NCBI GenBank assembly: GCA_965204375.1
Contig: OZ241986.1
Span: forward strand, 4,128,001 to 4,192,000
DNA length: 64,000 bases
Reading direction: 5' to 3'
Source of the DNA: Candidatus Latescibacterota bacterium
Lineage (GTDB): Bacteria > Latescibacterota > UBA2968
Positions 1-10,496 of this stretch are shown here, piece by piece (within the stretch, counting starts at the first letter, position 1; each line of letters begins with the position of its first letter). Position numbers and translations under genes: made by a program. Under the pieces are notes generated by a model that did no database searches, was not told the origin of the DNA, and saw only the letters and a list, made by a program, of their open reading frames with translations.

Positions 1-173
1 AAGTTAGAAGTTAGAAGTTAGAAGTTAGAAGTTAGAAGTTAGAAGTTAGAAGTTAGAAGTCCACCCAACACCGCCCTAAAGCTGGTGCCTCATCCCATTT
101 CACACTTCCTACTTCCTACTTCACACTTCACACTTCACACTTCACACTTCACACTTCCTACTTCACACTTCAC
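1..173. repeat. Heptamer-arm element: (GAAGTTA)n - core CCACCCAACACCGCCCTAAAGCTGGTGCCT - (ACTTCAC/ACTTCCT)n; left end cut by window edge
   Basis: Directly visible tandem 7-mers; arms are approximate reverse complements; core shared with copies at about 45050, 57900 and 59820. Confidence 0.9.
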
Positions 174-184
174 AGGAGCCTCTC

Positions 185-1027
185 ATGGCAACCGCCGAAA
201 CACCCATCGCGATACATGAACCATCCCTCTACGACACAACCAGACGGGCCGACTATCTCGACACCCTCGCCGACATCGACGACCGTCAAATCGCCCGATT
301 CCACGAACAGGGATACCTCGCCATACGGCGGGCATTTACGCCACAACAAATCGAATCCGCGGGCCAGGCCATGTGGGACCTCATCGACGGCAAAAGCCAG
401 GACTTCAAAGGCGTAATGGCCGAAGCCGCCAAACGCGGACAATTTTCCGAACTCATAGGCGAAGCCAAACGCGACAGCGTGCGCAAAATCTGGAAATTCG
501 TCGATTATGACACCCGGCTCAACGACCTCGCCCATGACCCAAATATCCTCTCCGTCCTCTCCCGCATGATGGACGACACACCCGTACTCTTTCAGGACAT
601 GGGACTGATCAAACCTCCGCACATCGGCCGCGAAAAACCCTGGCATCAGGACTGCGCGTACTTCAACTACCCCGTCGGCACCACCGTCGTCGGCGTATGG
701 ATCGCCATTGACGCCGCAACAGAAGAAAACGGATGCTTGCACATCATCCCCGGTTCCCATCGCGAAGGACCCATCCCGCATTTCAGGCGACGCGACTGGC
801 AAATATGCGACACAGACGTCGCCGTACCCAGAAACGTCACCGTCCCCCTCGACCCCGGCGGCTGCCTCTTCTGGCACGGCATGACCCACCACGGCAGCCC
901 AACCAACCGATCATCCCACCGCCGCAGGGCACTGCAATACCACTACCGCCCCGAAAGCACTGAAGAAATGACCACAAAAGAACGCCTCGCCATCTACGGC
1001 GGCGACGAACTCGGGGTAACGTGCTGA
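185..1027 (+). CDS. Phytanoyl-CoA dioxygenase (PhyH) family Fe(II)/2OG oxygenase
   Basis: GY N-terminal motif, PWHQD, VWIA, IPGSH, distal H (THHGS) and R; AGGAG RBS. Confidence 0.9.
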   Translation: MATAETPIAIHEPSLYDTTRRADYLDTLADIDDRQIARFHEQGYLAIRRAFTPQQIESAGQAMWDLIDGKSQDFKGVMAEAAKRGQFSELIGEAKRDSVRKIWKFVDYDTRLNDLAHDPNILSVLSRMMDDTPVLFQDMGLIKPPHIGREKPWHQDCAYFNYPVGTTVVGVWIAIDAATEENGCLHIIPGSHREGPIPHFRRRDWQICDTDVAVPRNVTVPLDPGGCLFWHGMTHHGSPTNRSSHRRRALQYHYRPESTEEMTTKERLAIYGGDELGVTC

Positions 1028-1121
1028 ACCAACTTTAGATATTGTTAAGATCAGTATTTTGGGTATATTTGATTGTCCTCACCCTTCTCCTTGCGTATAA
1101 GACAATAAGAGGATAACGCCC

Positions 1122-1931
1122 ATGCCAAATGCTACGTACTCTATTACGCTTAGAAATGCGACGCCAGAGACTACCCCTTTGGGCGAATTGGCAAAATTGA
1201 TTGAAAAATTAGATGTTGCCATCATTGAAACAGCTCGTGACCGCAACATAGAGTTGCCCGAAGATGAAGCTGCTGTTTCATTGGTAAACATTGAAGAGGG
1301 TAGCAATCGCCTCGTTTTTACTCTGGCACCTTTCATGTGTCCAGTTCTCGCTGAATTAACCCATTCGATTGAAGAAGGAGATTTTGTCGCACTCCCCGCA
1401 AAAGCACATAATGCACTGTATGATATATCTCGTCAGGCAAAAAAACAACACTGGGACGTTTTGTTTCCAGAGCAACAGGGCCACAAGAACCAGGACCAGA
1501 TGTATCATATTCAGAAAACCGAAATATCGACACAACGACCAATAACGCCTCCAAAACCTCAATTCATTAAAGGCACAACCACGATTTTTGGTATGTGTGT
1601 GAGAGTTGGAGGAAAAACACCTAAGGTGGATCTATCATTGGCCAATCGCGATCGGTTGCTCCACTGTGAAACGACCAGAGAGATTGCAGTTCGTTTGTCG
1701 CGCAGCCTCTATAAAAATGTCGCTTTATTCGGACAAGCTTTGTGGCATCCCGACACCTGGGAATTGGTCGAGTTCAAAGCTACAAAGATCGCCAATCAGG
1801 TATATGATGATTCACCTGTAAACGCTCTTGAAGAAGTTTCTAAAGTCGTTGGCGATCAGTGGAAAGATGTTGATGTCGTGGAATTTGTCAATAATGTTCG
1901 TTCGGGTGATACGGGTCGGGATGGTGCTTAG
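1122..1931 (+). CDS. Hypothetical protein, first gene of a pair with a PIN-domain gene
   Basis: 269-aa ORF, GAGGA RBS, lower GC than flanks, abuts the PIN gene. Confidence 0.75.
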   Translation: MPNATYSITLRNATPETTPLGELAKLIEKLDVAIIETARDRNIELPEDEAAVSLVNIEEGSNRLVFTLAPFMCPVLAELTHSIEEGDFVALPAKAHNALYDISRQAKKQHWDVLFPEQQGHKNQDQMYHIQKTEISTQRPITPPKPQFIKGTTTIFGMCVRVGGKTPKVDLSLANRDRLLHCETTREIAVRLSRSLYKNVALFGQALWHPDTWELVEFKATKIANQVYDDSPVNALEEVSKVVGDQWKDVDVVEFVNNVRSGDTGRDGA

Positions 1932-1934
1932 ATT

Positions 1935-2412
1935 ATGGTTTGTCTTGACACACGTTATTATTTGGGGCATTAAAGAGGAGGCAGCACCGGGTCAAGAAAA
2001 TATGGTGCAACGTGCCAAAAGTTACATCAAACATCAGGTTAGTCAGGGGGTCGATTTAATGCTCCCTGCACCCGTTGTAGCCGAAGCACTGATACGTGGT
2101 GAAGTGGATCACTTGCGAACCATCCGAACCATTATTGAGAAATCTTTTTTTATTGCTGCTTTTGATTCTCCCGCTGCTTTTTTGGCTGCAGAATTAGAAC
2201 GAAGCCGGGGAGTCGTTGAATTACTCGAAGAGGGACAAGTTCCACGTAGCCATATAAGAATTGACACCCAAATTGCTGCAATAGCGATCACCCAGAACGC
2301 GGATATGATCATATCTCATGACCCACATATGCGTACGGTCGCACAGGATCGCATTCAAGTGGTTGAAATACCAGATATTCCCGAGCAAGAAAATTTGCAA
2401 TTTGAGCAGTAG
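1935..2412 (+). pseudogene. PIN-domain (VapC-like) nuclease with probable 2-bp deletion at about 1950
   Basis: ATG 1935 reads MVCLDT, then a shifted frame continues HVIIWG...VVAE...IDTQIAAIA...SHD (PIN acidic residues). The intact frame from ATG 1921 lacks the first Asp. Confidence 0.7.
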
Positions 2413-2426
2413 TGCCCTCCTACCCT

Positions 2427-3767
2427 CTATCCTACAGCCCACCCCTCTGAAAGCATCTCTGCCTGTTTCAAAACCGTAAGCGTCGCGCCATCCGCTTTAT
2501 CCGGCGGATACCCGTGTTTGCGCAAAATCCGCTTAACCAACCGGCGCAAATTCGCGCGCACATTCTCTCGCAACGTCCAATCAATCGTCACATTTTCTCG
2601 CACAGTCCGCACCAATTCGCGTGCGATCGTGCGAAGCGTCTCATCGCCCAGAATTTGAACCGCACTATCATTGGTCTCAAGCGCGTCGTAAAAAGCCAAT
2701 TCCTCCTCGGTCATACCAAGGTCTTTACCCCGCGCCTGGGCCTCGCGCATCTCCTTCCCCAGCGCAATCAATTCCTCAATAATATACGCCGCCTCAATCG
2801 TACGATTCTGGTAGCGTAGAATGGTCTGCTCCAGCATATCGGCAAACGACCGCGCCTGCACCACATTCTTCCGCAAGCGACTGGAAATCTCGCCCTTGAG
2901 CAACTGCCGCGTCTCACCCACCGCCACCCGCACTGCGTGAAACTGGTGATAACCCGCCATCTTCTTCATCAACACACCACTACCATCATCCTCAAAAACA
3001 ACAAAATCGCGCACCAGAAAAAGAAAACGCCCGAAATCGCAGACGCCTTCGAGCATCACCTGCAATTCGGGCATATTGGAATCAGCCACATCCTTACCAG
3101 AAATCGTACGCCAGGGCTTAAACCACTCGCGCCCGGCAGTCAGCGTACCAACCCGTGCCTCCATCCCATCTGAAACCATCAAAGCCGCATTCATCGCAAA
3201 CAGAGACTGCAACTCCGCCTTATACGTCTGAAGTTGCTGCCACGCCGTCCATATCGTCGCATCCTCATCCACCGGATTCTTAAGCTCGATAATCCCCAGA
3301 GGCAAACCATTCACGAACAGCACAACATCTGGACGTCGGGTATTCTTATTCTCAGTAACAGTGAATTGATTGACCGCGAGCCAGTCATTATTGGAGGGAT
3401 CGTCAAAATCAATAACCTTCACCTGCGCCCCGCGCACACCCCCACCTACATCCCGGTACTCCACCGTAACACCATCCACCACCAAACGATGAAAAACGCG
3501 ATTGCGAAACGCCAGCGATGTACCTTCAAGCCGGGTCAGCTTGCGAAAAGCATCATCCAACGCGCCCGCGGGAAGATCAGAATTGAGCCGCACAAGCGCA
3601 TCCTGCAACCGCCCTGCCAGAACCACATCTCCATAATCCCTCCGCTCTGCACCCGGCGTATCAGGCGCTATATCGGGACCATGGGCAACGCCCCAGCCGA
3701 GACGCTCCAAATAGGCGAGCGCAGCGTCTTCTACGGTGGATTCATTCAAGCTACTCACGCCATTCAT
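2427..3767 (-). CDS. hsdR: Type I restriction HsdR with in-frame internal deletion (HSDR_N nuclease fused directly to DUF3387-like C-terminus; helicase absent)
   Basis: [22 protein letters not shown] and YHQFHAV, then a jump to LLKGEI...KNVVQARSF...TIDWTLRE...HGYPPD; 446 aa versus about 1000 typical. Confidence 0.9.
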   Translation of the reverse strand: MNGVSSLNESTVEDAALAYLERLGWGVAHGPDIAPDTPGAERRDYGDVVLAGRLQDALVRLNSDLPAGALDDAFRKLTRLEGTSLAFRNRVFHRLVVDGVTVEYRDVGGGVRGAQVKVIDFDDPSNNDWLAVNQFTVTENKNTRRPDVVLFVNGLPLGIIELKNPVDEDATIWTAWQQLQTYKAELQSLFAMNAALMVSDGMEARVGTLTAGREWFKPWRTISGKDVADSNMPELQVMLEGVCDFGRFLFLVRDFVVFEDDGSGVLMKKMAGYHQFHAVRVAVGETRQLLKGEISSRLRKNVVQARSFADMLEQTILRYQNRTIEAAYIIEELIALGKEMREAQARGKDLGMTEEELAFYDALETNDSAVQILGDETLRTIARELVRTVRENVTIDWTLRENVRANLRRLVKRILRKHGYPPDKADGATLTVLKQAEMLSEGWAVG

Positions 3768-4432
3768 GCCGGGACCACCATGTGAACCACACCCCGTTCG
3801 TCCGGATGTATTGATTCCGCAAACGAGCCACTCTGGGCAAAGAGACCATCAGTATATCGCTCATCCGCAGTGTTGTAGAAATTTCTAAGAATAAAATCAA
3901 TAAACCATAGAGGCGTCATTGGGGCTGTCACCGGGATTCGGCAGTCCTCATATTGACCGAGCGTCAAGTGAGATTTGGGATGTACCAACTTCTGGTGGAG
4001 ACTATCCCGGGCATTATAGTCAAAACGCACCGGGAATGGAACGATGTTTCTGGCGATCACATCGGCATAGATTTCATCATCTCGATAGACATCCGGGTTA
4101 TTCTGGTACTCTTCAAGATGGGGTGCAGGGAAAAATGCAAGGCGGTGACTTTGAAGCGTTCCATCAGCGAATGCATACATCATCTGAATCAACGCACCAT
4201 CAAGCATTTTCACATTGTAAGCATCTGATTCCACCAGACGCTTATAAATCTCATTATAGGGAAGATCCTTTAAAGCTATTGGAACATGTCCAGCGTTGTC
4301 AAAAGTGATCTCCACAACGTTACCACTCTCCTGTCGTTGGAATGCATAATATTGAATGTTCGAGAGACTAACTTTTACCAGGTATCCGATGAGTTTGTTG
4401 ATCTGCTCTTCAATCTCGTTGGGTGTGAGCAT
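3764..4432 (-). CDS. DUF2290 family protein
   Basis: [40 protein letters not shown] motifs; follows the helicase. Confidence 0.85.
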   Translation of the reverse strand: MLTPNEIEEQINKLIGYLVKVSLSNIQYYAFQRQESGNVVEITFDNAGHVPIALKDLPYNEIYKRLVESDAYNVKMLDGALIQMMYAFADGTLQSHRLAFFPAPHLEEYQNNPDVYRDDEIYADVIARNIVPFPVRFDYNARDSLHQKLVHPKSHLTLGQYEDCRIPVTAPMTPLWFIDFILRNFYNTADERYTDGLFAQSGSFAESIHPDERGVVHMVVPA

Positions 4433-4437
4433 AGTTG

Positions 4438-6606
4438 TTATCTCTTCTGCATTAAAAATTCTCTAAGCCTATCAACTGCTGTCTCATCCAGATCTTCAAT
4501 ATGTATATTACCGGATTCAATGTCCTTGATCAGACCAAATAAACTCTTCTGGCGTTGTTCTAACCGCCTGCGCTCTGCCGTTGTCATGTCTCGATGAACG
4601 ACCCGCAACTGCTCGCGCTGCTTCTCAGTCGGATAGGTGAATTGCAGATCGAAATTTTGAGATTTCAATTTGTCATATTCTTTTATGATTTCTTTCATTC
4701 TGTTACCAACACCGAGTACGCGAATCCAGGCTTTACTTCTCGTGATGGCCGTGAAAAGTTGGTTGCGAATACTTGCCAAATTTCGTAATGACGAGTGACA
4801 ATCCTGAGCATTGATGATGTAAACCATTCCAGCCTCGTTGCCCTTGGCGCGATAAATCCCGGTAAAGGTCACTAAATCTTGGCCCGTTTGAAAAAAGGTG
4901 TCGGGAGTAGTGTCAACTCCGGCAAGATGAGAGTTGATGTTCATTTCGAATAAACGACTGCGTATAGGCGCAACGCTCGACCGCGTCGTGCGAGGATCGG
5001 GATTGATTACAATAATGTCTTCGGATCGCAGTTCATCTATCTTCAAATTTTTTTTAATCTCACTTGACAGCCAATCGGCTTGTTCCTCCTGGCTGTCGAA
5101 GGAAGTGAACTGTATCAAGTCGTCGATATGCGAATGGTCTTCGAGAAATTTTGGGCTTGTCTCTTCCGGCCTGTAGAGGGTTACGGAGGAGCCTTCTTCC
5201 AATTTCCCGTCTCGTCTCTGATAACCAATCTCCTCCCACAACTCCGGATGGTCGAACATCTGGATAAGTCCCGTTCCACCTGGCGGAAGTGCATCTCGAT
5301 ATATCCCAAACCCGAGCGCGTGAGCTGTTACGAGAACGGGACGCGAATTGCGGTAGCATTTCTTTAGAATGATATCGCGTTGCGCCTCATTACCGCTTAC
5401 ATCGTCAAACCGCACTTTGGGAGACCCATCAACCTTCTTCCCAAAAATCTCCTCCGGTGAAGGTAGGGAATCTCCAGAGAGGTTTTGCAACTCATCGTAG
5501 GCGTAAACCAGTCTTTTGGAGTCTTTCCCCCTTAATAATTCATAACAAAGCCGGAGAAAAGCCGGAGAAAAATCCTGTGCCTCATCTACCAGAATTACAT
5601 CGTAGAGTTGTATGTTTTCACGAGCCTGACCAAGCGCGTGTTCGCACGCTCCGGTAAATGCATTTTCCCGACCGAATTTGTCACTCGCCATCCCGAAATC
5701 GAAATATGTAATATCGTGGATACGACAATATTGATAATAGATGCCATCACGATCACGGCTACCTGGAGCCCCCCAGGCGTGTATAATCTGCAGATAGTCC
5801 CAGTCCGGCTCCTCACCTGTCTTTTCGAGGGTAAATCTTTCGATCAAACGACGGAAATGCCCCTTGAGCGAACGTGTATTAAAGGTAACACCAATACGCC
5901 AATCGGGATGTTGGGCGTGCAGATAAGCCGCCTTCAGTGCCAGAACAATCGTCTTACCCGAGCCAGCCAACCCGCGAATGCGTTGCACCCCTTCGACGGT
6001 TTCGATAACAGCTCTACGCTGATCATTGTCCAGTGTAGCGATTGAGTCTTCTAAATTTTGCAGCTTATTACCTCGAGAGTTTTTTTTCTTAATTGTTCTT
6101 CTCACCCCACTCTGGCGAATCGTAGAAATGCTCTCAATCGCCGATAGAGCTTTTTCATATACCTTCTTATTAGGCTCTTCCCACGTAAGATTTTGCAGTT
6201 TTGGCATTAGTGACGAGGCATTCACAATCGAATAAACCTCTTGATCTTCTGAGTTTAGATTAAGGATTCCCGGCGCAAACGAAATCGTATGAATATCGAT
6301 CAAGAGTTTTCTGCGATCCATCAATTCACGATGAGTCTTGAGCCGGGCTTCGAGAATATTGGCCGAGTCATCTTGTCGTGACCTATAGTCGCCAGTATTG
6401 GATCCTTCGATCAGATCGAATAAGATGATTCCCTTATCTGCGGATATTAGGAGAGCGTCAATCAGATGTGGGCCGCCGGGTGTAGCCATGACTGGAAATC
6501 CAATAAGTAATTGACCGGAAAAACCGGTCTCACGAGACATGAGTTTAGTCAAGCTGTCACTGGATACAGGTTTATCATTGGTGCCTCGAACGATATCAAT
6601 GCTCAT
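4438..6606 (-). CDS. Superfamily I (UvrD-like) helicase with N-terminal nuclease-like domain; Helicase-DUF2290 anti-phage system
   Basis: GLAGSGKT Walker A, VDEAQDF Walker B, YRN, AKGNE, FTAITRS; adjacent to DUF2290. Confidence 0.85.
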   Translation of the reverse strand: MSIDIVRGTNDKPVSSDSLTKLMSRETGFSGQLLIGFPVMATPGGPHLIDALLISADKGIILFDLIEGSNTGDYRSRQDDSANILEARLKTHRELMDRRKLLIDIHTISFAPGILNLNSEDQEVYSIVNASSLMPKLQNLTWEEPNKKVYEKALSAIESISTIRQSGVRRTIKKKNSRGNKLQNLEDSIATLDNDQRRAVIETVEGVQRIRGLAGSGKTIVLALKAAYLHAQHPDWRIGVTFNTRSLKGHFRRLIERFTLEKTGEEPDWDYLQIIHAWGAPGSRDRDGIYYQYCRIHDITYFDFGMASDKFGRENAFTGACEHALGQARENIQLYDVILVDEAQDFSPAFLRLCYELLRGKDSKRLVYAYDELQNLSGDSLPSPEEIFGKKVDGSPKVRFDDVSGNEAQRDIILKKCYRNSRPVLVTAHALGFGIYRDALPPGGTGLIQMFDHPELWEEIGYQRRDGKLEEGSSVTLYRPEETSPKFLEDHSHIDDLIQFTSFDSQEEQADWLSSEIKKNLKIDELRSEDIIVINPDPRTTRSSVAPIRSRLFEMNINSHLAGVDTTPDTFFQTGQDLVTFTGIYRAKGNEAGMVYIINAQDCHSSLRNLASIRNQLFTAITRSKAWIRVLGVGNRMKEIIKEYDKLKSQNFDLQFTYPTEKQREQLRVVHRDMTTAERRRLEQRQKSLFGLIKDIESGNIHIEDLDETAVDRLREFLMQKR

Positions 6607-6890
6607 GATTAATTCTCCGTAATTTTAATTTTTTGTTTTATAACGTATGAATATGATTTTTTTTATTTAATCCGGAGCGAACTACAGTCCGCAATATACA
6701 ATAATAGACGATATTGACCCTTCGTGCAAGGCCGGTATTACTATAGACACTCACGGTGGAACGACCAGTCTAAACTGTGGATAAATCACTGACATTACGC
6801 AAGAACCACCGAGGCAGTCACACCGGCAAGCGGTACATATCTTTCACATAACCGCCCACTCATCGCTCAAAATGTACCCTTTCGCCTTTC

Positions 6891-6920
6891 ATCTGTGCCC
6901 ATCTGCGTCCATCTGCGGAT
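6891..6920. repeat. (ATCTGCGTYC)n-ATCTGCGGAT decamer repeat element
   Basis: Same motif at 29075, 38914 and 40601. Confidence 0.8.
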
Positions 6921-7024
6921 TTAAATTCAGGTTGTAAACAAGTGTATAATACAGCATATTTAAAGCACAATGCGGTGTTTAGACGTCTGCCAACGCAAAA
7001 TATCGCTCAATTTTTGGAGGCATC

Positions 7025-7378
7025 ATGGACATCTTGCGCGAATCATCACTTTTTCAATCCCTTACTCAACAAAGCAGAGAGGAAGCCAGAGAGAAGGGCC
7101 TTGAGGAGGGTCTTGAGCAGGGTCTTGAGCAGGGTCTTGAGCAGGGTCTTGAGCAGGGCCTTGAGCAGGGCCTTGAGCAGGGCCTTGAGCAGGGGGTCAG
7201 GCAACGTGCCATCGAAGATATCCTCGAAGTGTTGGAGATTCGATTTGACTTGAGCGAAGCGCACCCCCTATCCACACGTATTACCGCCATTGACGATTTG
7301 CAACACCTCAAGCAGTTGCACCGTGCGGCAATACAGGTACCCAATATCGAGGCATTTCAGCGCGTGTTAGATGCGTGA
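7025..7378 (+). CDS. Stand-alone Rpn/PD-(D/E)XK-transposase C-terminal-like protein with GLEQ repeats
   Basis: MDILRESSLFQ, 8 x GLE(E/Q) (12-bp tandem repeat 7097-7192), ILEVLEIRF...LKQLHRAA; GGAGG RBS. Confidence 0.75.
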   Translation: MDILRESSLFQSLTQQSREEAREKGLEEGLEQGLEQGLEQGLEQGLEQGLEQGLEQGVRQRAIEDILEVLEIRFDLSEAHPLSTRITAIDDLQHLKQLHRAAIQVPNIEAFQRVLDA

Positions 7379-7395
7379 CGTGATTGCCCAATGGA

Positions 7396-8618
7396 TCATG
7401 TGTCATCGGCGTCGAGACCTCGCAAACGTTGCTCCGCCAAATTTGCGAGGCTGTCATTGCCAGCCTCTCGTGCCAAGTCTCGTGCGTTCCCGAAATCCTG
7501 CCGCGCTTCGTCTATTAGATCTAACTCGCCTTTTGCAACACCCTTGTGGATGTATGCTTCCGCGTAGTCTGGTTTCAACCGAATCGCCTCGTCAAAATCG
7601 GCAATAGCGTCCTCATGCTGGCCTAATTCGCCTTTCGCAACACCCCTGTCGTAGTATGCATCGGCGTAGTCTGGTTTCAACCGAATCGCCTCGTCAAAAT
7701 TAGCGATGGCGTCTTCATAGTGGCCTAATTCGCCTTTCGCAACACCCCTGTCGTAGTATGCATCGGCGTAGTCTGGTTTCAGGGAGATTGCTCGGTCATA
7801 GGCCGAAATGCTGTCTTTCGAGTTCCCGAGCAAATAACCGACGGAGAACCACGCTCTTGCTGCGAACTCATTATCGCTTTCTTCCGCGACGTGAGCAACA
7901 GCGCGCCATTTCTCGATTGCCTCTTTTCTCTTGCCTTGCTGCTGGAAAAAAATGGCCTGAGCAATTGCCTTATGTATCAGCGATGCAGTGGGGTTTACAC
8001 GGATGTTCACGACTGCCTGCTTTGCTTCTTCAGGGTCATCGGCAACCTTTTCAGCGTCCATTCGTCGGAGGATCTCTTCAGTGTTATCTTCGATCTTATT
8101 AATCTTTTCTTCAAGGTGGCCCTGATCTCGCGTCTTGATCTCATCAATACTACCTTCGAGGGCTACCGAAATAGGGCTTTCCAGACTTGATGAACTTTCC
8201 TCAAGAGATTGAATTTGTCTTTTAATTTCGGTTTTGGCTTCTTCAACGCTATCGAGGTCTTGGTGATCAACTTGTATTGTTCTCATAGAGCCGACATCAA
8301 AAGGAATGTCCTCAACTTTGTTAATAATCTGAATGAGCGACTTGCCGATGTAATGCCGAATGGCTAATAAAAAATGTTGGCATTCTGTCCTGTTAAATCG
8401 GCTATGACCAAAGGAGCGTCAACAACATGTTGAATGATCTGATTAGTAATCATACCGGGCTGAGGGATATCGTCGGCACGAACAGCTTTGTAACCGCACG
8501 ACTCTACTACCGGACGAATAATGTGTTCTAAAACCTGATCAGATCGTTTGCGGATATCCGATCTCGGTTCACCGATGGGCGCAATGACGAAACAAATCTT
8601 CTCGCTATTATCTGCCAT
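7396..8618 (-). pseudogene. Nucleoside 2-deoxyribosyltransferase/TIR-like domain + TPR protein, split by a 4-nt deletion at about 8365
   Basis: CFVIAPIG...ADLTGQNANIFY* continues in a shifted frame as (L)AIRHYIGKSLIQII...IPFDV into ORF 7396-8286, which carries 34-aa TPR repeats. Confidence 0.8.
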
Positions 8619-8620
8619 GT

Positions 8621-10009
<1,389 letters not shown>

Positions 10010-10031
10010 TTTGTTTTAATCGCGTGTAGTC

Positions 10032-10072
10032 AAAAACCTCTGGATCGCGGCTCAACACCATGCCGCGATGAC
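10032..10072. repeat. Palindromic REP-like element CTGGATCGCGG...CCGCGATGAC
   Basis: Hairpin; copies at 13202 (half), 42136 and 55462. Confidence 0.85.
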
Positions 10073-10127
10073 GATTTAGTTGATAGATCGGGACGAATGT
10101 CAACATTTTCTTGCTTATCGTCGTCCT

Positions 10128-10433
10128 CTACACCATCACTTGCCGGGGTTTCACGCGCTTAGCAATGCGCTCGCCCACATCGATCTCAGCTTGACGAAGC
10201 TCGTAGGTCTTCTGCAGATTCAACCAGACCTGCGGCGTCGTTCCGAAATAGCGTGCTAACCTGAGTGCGATGTCGGCAGTTACGCTCTGCTGACCATTGA
10301 GGATCGCGGTGACGCAGCCTGGCGATACATCGAGTGCTTTAGCCAGCGCGTTAGCCGACAGACCGAGTGTGTCGAGTTCCTCGCTCAGTATCTCACCAGG
10401 ATGCACAGGTCTCATACCGTTTTTGACGTCCAT
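10128..10433 (-). CDS. higA: HigA family antitoxin
   Basis: PVHPGEIL...ANALAKAL...TADIALRLARYFGTTPQVWLNLQKTYEL. Confidence 0.95.
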   Translation of the reverse strand: MDVKNGMRPVHPGEILSEELDTLGLSANALAKALDVSPGCVTAILNGQQSVTADIALRLARYFGTTPQVWLNLQKTYELRQAEIDVGERIAKRVKPRQVMV

Positions 10434-10437
10434 GTTC

Positions 10438-10496
10438 TTACTCCCTGTGAGTGATAGTCCACGATCTCCACATCAACAGATAAATCTGATAATCAT
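10438..10496 (-). pseudogene. higB: HigB toxin remnant (N-terminal MIIRF joined to C-terminal VDVEIVDYH)
   Basis: ATG ATT ATC AGA TTT at 10496 and GAT GTG GAG ATC GTG GAC TAT CAC just upstream of higA. Confidence 0.75.

Noticed and set aside
1-60. Telomere-like repeat at the window start
   Set aside because: It is the left arm of the dispersed heptamer element also seen internally
7560-7780. 102-bp tandem DNA repeat
   Set aside because: Explained by TPR coding repeats
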